Shown here: in pieces, positions 1 through 8,913 of the stretch
Layout: every line of letters begins with the position of its first letter
How positions within the stretch are numbered: position 1 is the first letter of the stretch
DNA from: Chloroflexota bacterium
Lineage (GTDB): Bacteria > Chloroflexota > Limnocylindria > Limnocylindrales > CSP1-4
Reading direction: 5' to 3'
DNA: 64,000 bases
Assembly (NCBI GenBank): GCA_040389445.1
Contig: JAZJZX010000003.1
Span: 5,298 to 69,297, forward strand
Translations under genes and position numbers: made by a program
The notes under the pieces: model-generated
The model's input: the letters and a program-made list of their open reading frames with translations, nothing else
What the model was told of the DNA's origin: nothing
Databases searched by the model: none

Positions 1-1
1 C

Positions 2-361
2 GGCGCGGTCGGCGACCTCATCGGCTTCCTCTGGATCGACGATCTCCGGGTCGACGCGGCCACGATCGTGCCGAAGCGCTGGGACGCGGTGACCACGCTG
101 GACGCGTTGACCGCCGCCCGCTCGGCCATCGCCGACACGGGTGCCGTCTCGTTCGAGGCGGATGAACTCGAGCCGCCGCTGCGCTCGCTCGCCGAGGCCC
201 GCGGCTGGAAGGCGGGCGACCTGTTCATGGCGATTCGCGTGGCCGTGACCGGCCGGACCGCCACGCCGCCGCTGTTCGACACGCTCGTTGCCCTTGGCCG
301 GGACCGTGTGCTGGAGCGCCTCGAAGGCGCCATCGAAGGGCTGGCAGCGGGCATCGCCTGA
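2..361 (+). CDS. gltX: Glutamate--tRNA ligase, C-terminal anticodon-binding domain (5'-truncated by window)
   Basis: Open frame from base 2; LFMAIRVAVTGRTATPPLFDTLVALGRDRVLERL is the typical GluRS C-terminus. Confidence 0.9.
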   Translation, partial: GAVGDLIGFLWIDDLRVDAATIVPKRWDAVTTLDALTAARSAIADTGAVSFEADELEPPLRSLAEARGWKAGDLFMAIRVAVTGRTATPPLFDTLVALGRDRVLERLEGAIEGLAAGIA

Positions 362-399
362 GGGCTGCAATGAGCCGTTAACACGAGCCGGTATCCTCG

Positions 400-1095
400 A
401 TGGTGATGGCCCGCACGATCCTCGTCGTCGAAGACGAGCCGACTCTCCGCGAGACGCTCGCAGAGGCGCTCGAAGCGGATGGATTCCGGGTCACCGTGGC
501 GGGCGACGGAAGAGGAGCGCTGGAGCGATTCCGCACCGACCACCCCGATCTCGTCCTGCTGGACCTGATGCTCCCGGAGATCTCCGGGATCGACGTCTGC
601 CGGCTGATCCGGGCCGAGTCGTCGGTCCCGATCATCATGCTGACCGCCCGCGGATCCGAGGTGGACAAGGTGGTCGGCCTCGAGCTCGGCGCCGACGACT
701 ACGTGACCAAGCCGTTCTCGCTCCGGGAGTTGTCCGCCCGAATTCGGGCGATCTTCCGGCGAGGTGAGCAGGCCTCGGCTTCGCGAGCCCCCGCCTTCAT
801 CGACCTCGGGACGGTGCGAATCGACCTGGCGGGTCATCGCATCCTGCGCGACGGCGTGGAAATCGCGATCAAGCCCAAGGTGTTCGAGCTGCTGGCGTTT
901 CTCCTTCGCCACCCGGGCCAGGTCGTCTCTCGCGACCAGTTGCTGGAGCAGGTCTGGGGGTACGACTACGCGGGCGAAACGCGCACCGTCGACGTCCACG
1001 TTCACTGGCTTCGAGCCGCGATCGAGGTTGAGCCGGCGAGGCCGGTGCTGGTCCAGACCATCCGCGGCGTGGGGTACGTGCTCCGGAATGCCTGA
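400..1095 (+). CDS. OmpR/PhoB-family response regulator (RegX3/PhoB-like); true start may be 403 or 406
   Basis: Receiver motifs VVEDE, LLDLMLP, MLTA, ADDYVTKPF; winged-helix end TRTVDVHVHWLR...TIRGVGY; phosphate-regulon neighbourhood. Confidence 0.92.
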   Translation: MVMARTILVVEDEPTLRETLAEALEADGFRVTVAGDGRGALERFRTDHPDLVLLDLMLPEISGIDVCRLIRAESSVPIIMLTARGSEVDKVVGLELGADDYVTKPFSLRELSARIRAIFRRGEQASASRAPAFIDLGTVRIDLAGHRILRDGVEIAIKPKVFELLAFLLRHPGQVVSRDQLLEQVWGYDYAGETRTVDVHVHWLRAAIEVEPARPVLVQTIRGVGYVLRNA

Positions 1096-1118
1096 ACGGA
1101 ATCCCGGGCCTGGCCCGA

Positions 1119-2126
1119 TCAGAGGACCCGGCTGAGCAACTCCCAGGCCAGCCAGGCGACCGCCCCCGAGGCGGGGAGGGTCAGGACCCACGCCACGAGG
1201 ATGTTGCCGGCGACGCCCCATCGGACGGCCGACAGTCGGTCGCTCGACCCGACGCCGATGATGGCCGACGAGATGACGTGGGTCGTCGAGACCGGCATGC
1301 CGAAGTGGGACGCGGTCAGGATGATCGTTGCGGCCGTGGTCTCGGCCGCAAAGCCATGGACGGGATCGAGCTTCACGACCCGCTGTCCCATCGTCCTGAT
1401 GATCCGCCAGCCGCCGGCCGCGGTTCCCAACGAGATCGCCGAGGCCGCCAGCAGGATCACCCAGAGCGGGATGGGCGACTCCTTTGGCAGGATCCCGGCG
1501 CCGATCAGGGCGAGCGTGATGATCCCCATCGTCTTCTGGGCGTCGTTCGACCCGTGGCTGAAGGCCATGAATGCGGCCGATACCACCTGGAGCTTCCGGA
1601 ATCGATCGTTCAGTCGCCTTGGATGGGCGCGCTGGAAGACATTCAGCAGGAGGACCATCAAACCGAAACCGACCAGGACCCCGAACAGCGGTGAGGTGAC
1701 CAGCGGAATCACGACCTTGCCGACGATGCCGTCCATCTTGAGCGCGCCGGTGCCACTCGCGGCGATGACCGCCCCGATGAGTCCGCCGATGAGGGCGTGA
1801 CTGGATGACGACGGGATGCCGAGGCGCCAGGTGATCAGGTTCCAGACGATGGCGCCGACCAGTGCCGCCGCGACGACGATCTGCCCGGCGCTGCCATCGG
1901 GGGTCACGGCGATCCCGGACGCGATCGTCTTGGCGACCGCGGTGCCGGTGAGCGCGCCCAGGAAGTTCGCGCTTGCCGACATCAGGATGGCGTGTTCCGG
2001 CCGGAGGGCTCGCGTCGAGACCGAGGTCGCGATGGCGTTTGCGGTGTCGTGGAAGCCGTTGATGTAGTCGAAGGCGACCGCAAGCACGATGACGGTGATC
2101 AGGAGGAGGGAAAAGCCTTCGGGCAC
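1119..2126 (-). CDS. Inorganic phosphate transporter, PiT family
   Basis: PiT signatures GFHDTANAIAT and HGSNDAQKTMG; PVSTTHVISSAIIG. Confidence 0.95.
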   Translation of the reverse strand: MPEGFSLLLITVIVLAVAFDYINGFHDTANAIATSVSTRALRPEHAILMSASANFLGALTGTAVAKTIASGIAVTPDGSAGQIVVAAALVGAIVWNLITWRLGIPSSSSHALIGGLIGAVIAASGTGALKMDGIVGKVVIPLVTSPLFGVLVGFGLMVLLLNVFQRAHPRRLNDRFRKLQVVSAAFMAFSHGSNDAQKTMGIITLALIGAGILPKESPIPLWVILLAASAISLGTAAGGWRIIRTMGQRVVKLDPVHGFAAETTAATIILTASHFGMPVSTTHVISSAIIGVGSSDRLSAVRWGVAGNILVAWVLTLPASGAVAWLAWELLSRVL

Positions 2127-2259
2127 GAGGGAAGGCTAGCAGGTCCGCCGATCCTCTCGCCGGTCTCCGCAAGTGCCTGGAGCCGCCGGGAGCGCCAGTG
2201 CGCCGGTCCTCCACCGGCGGTCGGACGCGTTGGCGGGTCGCGCCGCTATCCTTCCTGCC

Positions 2260-3993
2260 ATGCGCCTGAGCCAGCTCTTCTTCACCAGCCTCCGCGACGA
2301 TCCGGCCGATGTCGACATGCCGTCCCACCGACTCCTGCTTCGAGCCGGCTACATCCGGCAGCTGGGCTCCGGGATCTACTCGCTCCTGCCCCTCGGTTTC
2401 CGCGTCAACAAGCGGGTTGAGCAGGTCGTTCGCGAGGAGATGAACCGGATCGGCAGCCAGGAGATGGAGATGCCGGTGGTGCACCCGGCAGACCTGTGGC
2501 GCGAAACCGGCCGGTACGACGAGATCGGGCCGGAGATGGTCCGGTTCAAGGACCGGGCCGGTCGGGACATGGTCCTGGCAATGACCCACGAGGAGGTGGT
2601 CGCGGATCTCCTCCGTGACATCGTCCGCAGCTATCGCCAGCTGCCGATGATGGTCTATCACTTCCAGACCAAGTTCCGCGACGAGCCGCGCGCCCGCGGC
2701 GGCCTCATCCGCGTCCGCGAATTCGTGATGAAGGACGCGTACAGCATCGACCGCGACGATGCGGGGCTGGATGCGAGCTACTGGGCGCAGTACGGCGCCT
2801 ATGTCCGAATCTTCGAGCGCCTCGGACTCAAGGCGGTCGCCGTTGCGAGTGACGTCGGGATGATGGGCGGCAGCCTGGCCCACGAATTCATGGTCATCAA
2901 TCCGGCCGGCGAGGACGTGCTCGTCCTGTGCGAGGCCTGCGGCTATGCCTCGAACCGACAGGTCGCGGTCGTGCCGAAGGCCTCACCCGCGGGAGAGGAG
3001 CTGCTGCCCACGGAACCCGTCGAAACCCCCGGCACGGCCACGATCGCCGATCTCGCCGCCTTTCTCGACATCCCGATCGAGAAGACCGCCAAGGCGGCAT
3101 TCTTCACCGCCGGTGACGGCCGGCTCATCACGGCCATCGTCCGCGGGGACCACGAGGTCAACGAGACGAAGCTGGTCAACGCAGTCAAGGTGAACGGCGG
3201 CATCCGACCCGCAACCATCGACGAGATCAAGGCGGCCGGCATGGAGGCGGGCTACGGCTCGCCGATCGGGGCCCACGACACGACCGTCGTGGTGGACGAT
3301 CTGGTGGCTCGCTCACCCAACCTGGTCGCGGGGGCCAACCGGGTCGGCTACCACCTCCGGAACGTGAATGTCCCGCGCGATTACACGCCGGATGTGATCA
3401 CCGATATCACGAACGCGCGCGAGGGCGACGCCTGTCCCGACTGCGGCGGCTCGGTGATCCTGCGCAACGGGATCGAGGTCGGGAACATCTTCAAGCTCGG
3501 GACGAAGTACACGACGGCGCTCGGCGCCACGTACCTTGGCGAGGACGGCCAGGCCCACCCGATCGTCATGGGTTCCTACGGCATCGGGCTCGGGCGCAAC
3601 GTGGCCTGCATCGTCGAGGCCCACCACGACGAGAAGGGCATCGCCTGGCCCGACGAGGTTGCGCCCTATGCCGCCCACCTCGTCACGATCGGTGCCGCGC
3701 GCGACCCGAAGGTCGCGGAGATCGCGGATCGCCTTCACGACCTCGCGGCGACGGCCGGCCGCGACATCCTGTACGACGACCGCGATGAATCGCCCGGGGT
3801 GAAGTTCACCGACGCCGAACTGCTCGGCATGCCGTGGATCCTGACGGTGAGCCCGCGCTCGATCGCGGCAGGTGGGGCCGAGGTCACGCGTCGGGCGACG
3901 GGCGAGCGGCAGACGGTCTCCATCGACACGCTCGAGTCCTGGCTGCGCGACGGTTTCGCGATCCCGGACGCGCCTTCGTCCGCTCCAGTCTGA
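2260..3993 (+). CDS. proS: Proline--tRNA ligase (bacterial type with editing insertion)
   Basis: MRLSQLFFTSLRDDP start, FRDEPRARGGLIRVREF, GIEVGNIFKLGTKY, MGSYGIG; ATG at 2260 lies 7 nt after TATCCT. Confidence 0.97.
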   Translation: MRLSQLFFTSLRDDPADVDMPSHRLLLRAGYIRQLGSGIYSLLPLGFRVNKRVEQVVREEMNRIGSQEMEMPVVHPADLWRETGRYDEIGPEMVRFKDRAGRDMVLAMTHEEVVADLLRDIVRSYRQLPMMVYHFQTKFRDEPRARGGLIRVREFVMKDAYSIDRDDAGLDASYWAQYGAYVRIFERLGLKAVAVASDVGMMGGSLAHEFMVINPAGEDVLVLCEACGYASNRQVAVVPKASPAGEELLPTEPVETPGTATIADLAAFLDIPIEKTAKAAFFTAGDGRLITAIVRGDHEVNETKLVNAVKVNGGIRPATIDEIKAAGMEAGYGSPIGAHDTTVVVDDLVARSPNLVAGANRVGYHLRNVNVPRDYTPDVITDITNAREGDACPDCGGSVILRNGIEVGNIFKLGTKYTTALGATYLGEDGQAHPIVMGSYGIGLGRNVACIVEAHHDEKGIAWPDEVAPYAAHLVTIGAARDPKVAEIADRLHDLAATAGRDILYDDRDESPGVKFTDAELLGMPWILTVSPRSIAAGGAEVTRRATGERQTVSIDTLESWLRDGFAIPDAPSSAPV

Positions 3994-4042
3994 CACCCGC
4001 TCCGGCCTGACATCGACCGGCATCCGCTCGGCGCCGCGCCCG

Positions 4043-4126
4043 CCGAGCCACGCCAGGCCCACCGAGCCACGCCGGGCCGACCAGGCTCGATCGCCGACCA
4101 GGCTCGATCGCCGATCAGGCTCGATC
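4043..4126. repeat. Two abutting short tandem arrays (2x19 bp; 3x17 bp GCCGAYCAGGCTCGATC) between convergent genes
   Basis: 17-mers at 4076, 4093, 4110; 19-mers CCGAGCCACGCCRGGCCSA at 4043, 4062. Confidence 0.85.
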
Positions 4127-4675
4127 GCTTACCAGGGTTGCCTCGTCCAGGGTCGATCCATCCAGCGTCAGCACGGTGCCGTCATCCGTGGTCGCGACGG
4201 CTGCAACGAGCTCCGTGCTGGAGACGGATCCCGGCGGGGCAAGGTCAGCCCCGGGATCATCTGTTCGGGCGATGGCGAAGGTGATGCTCGGCGGGATCGC
4301 CGCGCCGATGGACACCTCGCTGATCCGGTAGGGAGATCCCTTGGCCTTCAGGGCGCCGTTGGCCCGCTCCTGGAGAGCGGTCGCCTTGATGATGACGTCG
4401 GCCAGGACCGCCGGATCGATCCGATCGATCGCCGTGCTGACGCCCCGTTTGGCACGGGACATCGCCTGTCGGGCCTTCTCCGCGGTAGCCGGATCGTGGA
4501 GCAAGGCCTGGGCCTTGTCGGTGCTTTCGGCGGCTGCATGGCGGGCCGATTCCGCGGCCTGCTTCGCCTGTTCGGCCGCCTGGCCCGCGGCCTGCCTGGC
4601 TCGGTCGAGAACGCTCATTCGACCCTCGATTCGATCGGGCGGCAAATCCTCCACGTCCAGACCGGACGGTTCCAT
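4115..4675 (-). CDS. Hypothetical protein (Ala/Gln-rich helical N-half; alternative start 4618)
   Basis: GC-typical codon use; TAGGGT 6 nt before ATG 4675; no family recognised. Confidence 0.7.
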   Translation of the reverse strand: MEPSGLDVEDLPPDRIEGRMSVLDRARQAAGQAAEQAKQAAESARHAAAESTDKAQALLHDPATAEKARQAMSRAKRGVSTAIDRIDPAVLADVIIKATALQERANGALKAKGSPYRISEVSIGAAIPPSITFAIARTDDPGADLAPPGSVSSTELVAAVATTDDGTVLTLDGSTLDEATLVSDRA

Positions 4676-4790
4676 GACCCGACCCTACCACCAAACGAGG
4701 CAGGAAAGGGAGGCCGTTTCTCAAGGCCGGGCAGCCTCGCTGTTGCGGCGCCGGGTCAGTCTTCCTTCGTTGACCGCGTGGGGCCGGGGT

Positions 4791-5603
4791 TCATGGTCGG
4801 ATACTGCGGCGTGGCCGACCACCGGGCTTCCACCCAGTGATCCCGGCGTTCACCGTCCCGAATGCCTCCGCATTTGAGTGCTGCGGGGCTCCTGCGAAGA
4901 CGTCGACGCCGCGGATGATCGCGACGTCGCGGAAACCGGCCGCCTCGACAAGCTCGCGTAGCTGGTCCTCGAGGAGGCCGCCGGCGATGCATCCGGTCCA
5001 CAGGCTCACGTCCTGCTTCGATGTTCCTTCGACAGGACGCGACAGGACGATGTCGACGAGCTGCAACCGACCGCCGGGTCGTAGCACACGGTGCATCTCG
5101 GCGAGCGCAGCCGCCTTGTCGGGCACGAGGTTCAGGACGCCGTTCGAGATGATGACGTCCGCCCAGCCCGTGGGTACGGGCATGGCCTCGAGCACGCCCT
5201 CGCGGAACTCGACGTTCGCGAGCGCGGCCAGCTCGGCCGAGCGCCGTGCCTTGGCGAGCATCTCGGGGGTCAGGTCGACCCCGATCACGAACCCATCTTT
5301 TCCCACCAGGCGCGCCGCGATGAGCGAGTCCGTGCCCGCCCCCGAGCCGCAGTCGACGACGTGTTCGCCGGGCCGGATCTCGCCGAGGGCGAATGGATTG
5401 CCCGTCCCCGCCATTGACTCGACGGTCGACGGCGGGAGCGCCGCGATCCAGTCTTCCGGATAGCCGAGGATCGCGGCCAGCCGGTACCCGGTATGGAAGT
5501 GAAACCCCCGCGCCGGATCGCTGGCAACTGCGGCGTACTCCTCGCGGATCGCGGTGCGCAGGGTGTCGAGGTCAACGAGCGGTTGCGGGGGTGCCTGGGT
5601 CAT
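4791..5603 (-). CDS. SAM-dependent methyltransferase, ArsM/AS3MT-like (only the last conserved Cys retained)
   Basis: VVDCGSGAGTD motif I, GVDLTPEML, IISNGVLNL, WTGCIAGG; SD-like GGAGG before ATG 5603; the track ORF 4791..6536 is an over-extension. Confidence 0.88.
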   Translation of the reverse strand: MTQAPPQPLVDLDTLRTAIREEYAAVASDPARGFHFHTGYRLAAILGYPEDWIAALPPSTVESMAGTGNPFALGEIRPGEHVVDCGSGAGTDSLIAARLVGKDGFVIGVDLTPEMLAKARRSAELAALANVEFREGVLEAMPVPTGWADVIISNGVLNLVPDKAAALAEMHRVLRPGGRLQLVDIVLSRPVEGTSKQDVSLWTGCIAGGLLEDQLRELVEAAGFRDVAIIRGVDVFAGAPQHSNAEAFGTVNAGITGWKPGGRPRRSIRP

Positions 5604-5656
5604 TGGTCTGCCTCCAGAAGAACCGGTGCCGTTCGGGTCCGCCGGGCTGGCGAGCC

Positions 5657-6220
5657 TCAGTCGAGGACGACGAGGTCCGTGTCCACCGGGACCGGGTTCG
5701 CCAGGCAGTCGCGAACCGGCGAGGTGTCCTGGACGTACTGGCAGAGCTCCTCTAGCTGTGCCGCGGTCGCGTTCGGCGAGCGCACCCAGCCCTTCGCCCG
5801 GATCGCGGTGAAGCCGGCCCGCGGTCCGTTCAGCCCGACGAACGTCCGAAGGTCCACGTCGCCCTCGACCTCGTAGCGCAGTTCGCTGATCTCGATCCCG
5901 CGAGCTGCGGCGTTGTAGGCGTAGCCCACGCCGTAGCAGAACGCGAGCGCCTGGAGGAGGAGCTCCACGGCGTTCGGCCCGGCGTTTCCGCCGAGGAGAA
6001 CCGGCGGCTCGTCGCCGACGAGCTGGAAGGTTGCTCCCCGGTCCGAGGTCGCGCCCGCATGGACGAAGTTCCCGATCGTGCCACGGCTCCGCCCGCCGGT
6101 CTCCCAGGTGCTGGCGGCCTTGAACGTGAAGGAGCCAATCTTCGGGTCGGAGCTGATCGCGCCGATCGTGGCGACAAGCTGGTCGACGTTGACGCCGTTG
6201 CGCGCAGTGATCGTGGCCAT
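5657..6220 (-). CDS. OsmC-like family protein
   Basis: DEPPVLLG...GPNAVELLLQALAFC; EVEGDVDLRTFVG; TSPVRD; SD GGAGG. Confidence 0.85.
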   Translation of the reverse strand: MATITARNGVNVDQLVATIGAISSDPKIGSFTFKAASTWETGGRSRGTIGNFVHAGATSDRGATFQLVGDEPPVLLGGNAGPNAVELLLQALAFCYGVGYAYNAAARGIEISELRYEVEGDVDLRTFVGLNGPRAGFTAIRAKGWVRSPNATAAQLEELCQYVQDTSPVRDCLANPVPVDTDLVVLD

Positions 6221-6276
6221 GGTTGAACACCTCCAGGGACGCGGAAGCCACGCCGTGTGGCCTCATCGGGGGAAGG

Positions 6277-6342
6277 GACGCTGGCGGCAGATTGGATATT
6301 CCCATCAGCATTTGGGAATATCCGGGCCTCGCGCGTCGTCTA
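6277..6342. promoter_or_regulatory. Back-to-back divergent ECF (SigR/SigH-like) promoters, GGAAT-N18-GTC on each strand
   Basis: Plus strand: GGAAT 6315-6319, GTCTA 6338-6342. Minus strand: GGAAT 6302-6298, GTC 6279-6277. The -35 boxes sit in a perfect 11-bp inverted repeat 6294-6323. Confidence 0.72.
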
Positions 6343-6387
6343 CCCTTGGATGACACGCTGTGCGGCCCGTTCGACAGGATCGAGGAC

Positions 6388-7032
6388 ATGGCCACGGTGA
6401 TGATCGACGCGGCGGAAGGCACGGCCGAAACCACGGGCCCCACGGCCGCCGCCGCCCGCCGGCCGTTCGCCGAGATCGCCCGCGAGAACCTCGATCGACT
6501 GTACGGGTACTGCGTCCACCTGTCCGGTGATCGCATGGACGCGGAAGACCTGCTCCAGGATGTGCTGATCCGGGCAATGCGCGCGTACGACGGGCTGCGT
6601 GATCAGGCGGCAGTCAAGACATGGCTGTTCACGGTCGCGACGAACTGCGCGCGCGACCGATGGCGGGCCCGCGGTCGACGGCTCGGTACCGTATCACTCG
6701 ACGCGGGCGACCCGGACGACGAGTTCTCACTCTTCGCGACGATCGCGATCGAGGATCCATTTCCATACTCGGACGCCCTTCATCTCGACTTCCTCCGACT
6801 GTTCGAGGATGAGGACATCCAGGCTGTGTTCACCACGATGACGCCAGGCTTCCGGGCGCCGATCCTGCTGACGACCATCCACGGATTCAGCTGCAAGGAG
6901 GCGGCGGCGATTCTCGGGATTCCACTCGGCACGCTCCTGTCGCGACTCCATCGCGGCCGGAAGCAACTGGAGCGTGGGCTCTGGGAGTACGCGGTTGGCC
7001 GCCGCCTTGTGACTGTGAGCGAGGAACCATGA
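6388..7032 (+). CDS. ECF RNA polymerase sigma factor (SigR/SigH-like)
   Basis: LYGYCVHLSGDRMDAEDLLQDVLIRA, TWLFTVATN (region 2); GFSCKEAAAILGIPLGTLLSRLHRGR (region 4). Confidence 0.92.
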   Translation: MATVMIDAAEGTAETTGPTAAAARRPFAEIARENLDRLYGYCVHLSGDRMDAEDLLQDVLIRAMRAYDGLRDQAAVKTWLFTVATNCARDRWRARGRRLGTVSLDAGDPDDEFSLFATIAIEDPFPYSDALHLDFLRLFEDEDIQAVFTTMTPGFRAPILLTTIHGFSCKEAAAILGIPLGTLLSRLHRGRKQLERGLWEYAVGRRLVTVSEEP

Positions 7033-7274
7033 TCGATTGTCCTGAAGCCGTCCGGCGGATGTGGGCCTACCTGGGAGCCGCCCTCGAGCCCGGCCCAACC
7101 GCCGAGCTCGAGGTGCACCTGGGGGCGTGCAAGCGCTGTTGCGGTGAGCTCGAGTTTTCACGCGAGCTACGGTCGCTCGTTTCCGCAACGAACGCTCCGG
7201 CCATGCCCGACGAACTGCGCAGCCGCGTCGAGCATCTCCTCGGAGCTGGGCCTGCGGGGGAGACCGAGCGATGA
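7029..7274 (+). CDS. ZAS-family (zf-HC2) anti-sigma factor
   Basis: N-terminal Cys plus HLGACKRCC (HxxxCxxC); ATGA overlap with the sigma gene. Confidence 0.9.
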   Translation: MIDCPEAVRRMWAYLGAALEPGPTAELEVHLGACKRCCGELEFSRELRSLVSATNAPAMPDELRSRVEHLLGAGPAGETER

Positions 7275-8125
7275 CGGACGTCCTCGTCGGGCACGTGGAC
7301 GGATCCGACCTCCTCCAGCAGGACGCGATCCGGGCGGCTGTGCGCGAGACGTACAGGGCTGTCCGGCCGACCGATCGCCGGGTCGCCGAACGGTTCTACG
7401 ACCCGGCCGACCTCGCCGGGCTGCCCGAGGAGACGGTCCGGATCGCCCTCGGCGTCGGCGATCCGATCCGGTACGCGGACCTGCAGCCGGGCGAGCGCGT
7501 CCTCGACCTCGGCTCAGGCGGCGGGATCGACTGCCTGCTTGCGGCCCGTCACGTCGGCCCGACGGGCGAGGTCATCGGGATCGACTTCCTCCCGGAGATG
7601 ATCGACCGGGCAATCGAAGCGGCCATCGCCGTCGGGGCCGCCAATGTCCGGTTCCTGCAGGCCGAGATCGAGGCACTCCCGCTCCCGGACGGGTCGGTCG
7701 ACGTCGTCGTCAGCAATGGCGTGCCGAACCTGTCGCCGCGCAAGGTCCGGGTGTTTGCCGAGGCCTTCCGGGTCCTTCGGCCGGGCGGACGCCTCGCGAT
7801 CGTCGATCTCGTCCTCGAACACGACCTGCCGCCGGAGATCGTCACGCATCCGGCAGCCTGGGCGGGCTGCCTCTCCGGTGCCCTCTCGGAGGTCGCCCTG
7901 TACAAGGGTCTGCGTCGGGCGGGTTTCCGCGACGTGGCGATCGAGCCGCTGGGCAACTTCGGGATCGAGGAGTGCGCGCTCTACCCGCTGTTCAGCGACG
8001 AGATCCTCGACCTCCTCCGCGCGCTGGTCCCCCCGGAGCGTCACGGCCGGATCGCGAAGAGTGTCCTGGTGCGGGCTCGCAAGGAGGCAGCCGGCGAGTC
8101 CCTGCCTGGACGGCTCCGCGACTGA
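7271..8125 (+). CDS. SAM-dependent methyltransferase, ArsM/AS3MT-like (only the last conserved Cys retained)
   Basis: [36 protein letters not shown]; ATGA overlap with anti-sigma. Confidence 0.88.
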   Translation: MTDVLVGHVDGSDLLQQDAIRAAVRETYRAVRPTDRRVAERFYDPADLAGLPEETVRIALGVGDPIRYADLQPGERVLDLGSGGGIDCLLAARHVGPTGEVIGIDFLPEMIDRAIEAAIAVGAANVRFLQAEIEALPLPDGSVDVVVSNGVPNLSPRKVRVFAEAFRVLRPGGRLAIVDLVLEHDLPPEIVTHPAAWAGCLSGALSEVALYKGLRRAGFRDVAIEPLGNFGIEECALYPLFSDEILDLLRALVPPERHGRIAKSVLVRARKEAAGESLPGRLRD

Positions 8126-8198
8126 GCCTGCGTCGAGCCCACCGGCCGTGGCGGCCGAAAATGATCGGGATCGATCCCGAACAGGATCGCCCCGGCGA

Positions 8199-8816
8199 TC
8201 AGGCGTGCTTGATCGTGATCCGCTCGATGATGTTCGCCACGTCCTCGCACTTGTCGATGGTGGCCTCGAGGAGCGCGTAGACCTCTTTCCACTTGATCAC
8301 TTCGAGGGGATCCCCGCCGCCCGAGAAGAGGTCCGCGATGGCCTGGCGGGCAAGCTGGTCACCCTCGTTCTCGAGGCGATGGACCTCGATCCAGTACTTC
8401 TCGAGACCACGGAAGCCACGCAGGTGGGTGAGCGCCTCGTGAAGCTGCTCACACTGGCGGACGATGATCGACGCCTGCTGGATGGCAACCGCAGTCGGCG
8501 CATCGATCCGGTAGAGCACGAAGGTGTCGGCCACCTCCTCGACGAAATCGAGGACGTCGTCGAGTCCGCTGATCAGGGCGTGGATCTCCTCGCGGTCGAA
8601 CGGCGTCACGAACGTCGCCTCGAGCCGATGCCCGATCTCGTGACTGAGCTCGTCGCCCCGGTGTTCGGCATCGCGAATCTCGCCGGCCCGCCGTTCGAGG
8701 ACGTCATACGAACGGAGCATCGCCTCGAGCAGGCGCGCGGCTCCCAGGACGTTCGCGGCATCCTCGGCGAACAGGTCGAAGAAGCGTTCCTCGCGGGGGA
8801 TCAGGCGCAGTCGCAA
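8199..8816 (-). CDS. DUF47 family phosphate-transport regulator (PhoU-like, PiT accessory)
   Basis: TTG start after GAGGAG; EHRGDELSHEI, TFVTPFDREEI, RLENEGD, LEATIDKCEDVANIIERI. Confidence 0.9.
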   Translation of the reverse strand: MRLRLIPREERFFDLFAEDAANVLGAARLLEAMLRSYDVLERRAGEIRDAEHRGDELSHEIGHRLEATFVTPFDREEIHALISGLDDVLDFVEEVADTFVLYRIDAPTAVAIQQASIIVRQCEQLHEALTHLRGFRGLEKYWIEVHRLENEGDQLARQAIADLFSGGGDPLEVIKWKEVYALLEATIDKCEDVANIIERITIKHA

Positions 8817-8913
8817 AGCGGGTCTCCTCGGCCGGCTGAGCGCGGGTGATGGCGTGGACCGGCACTGTCCACGGCACGTCGCAAGAGTACCGCGCGATCG
8901 CTCGGCGCGACGG

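Noticed and set aside
366-392. PHO box upstream of the response regulator (GTTAAC at 377)
   Set aside because: Only one good unit; the 11-nt neighbours match poorly
4791-6536. 581-aa ORF suggesting an OsmC-methyltransferase fusion or long N-terminal domain
   Set aside because: The upstream part is an off-frame read of osmC; the methyltransferase has its own SD and ATG at 5603
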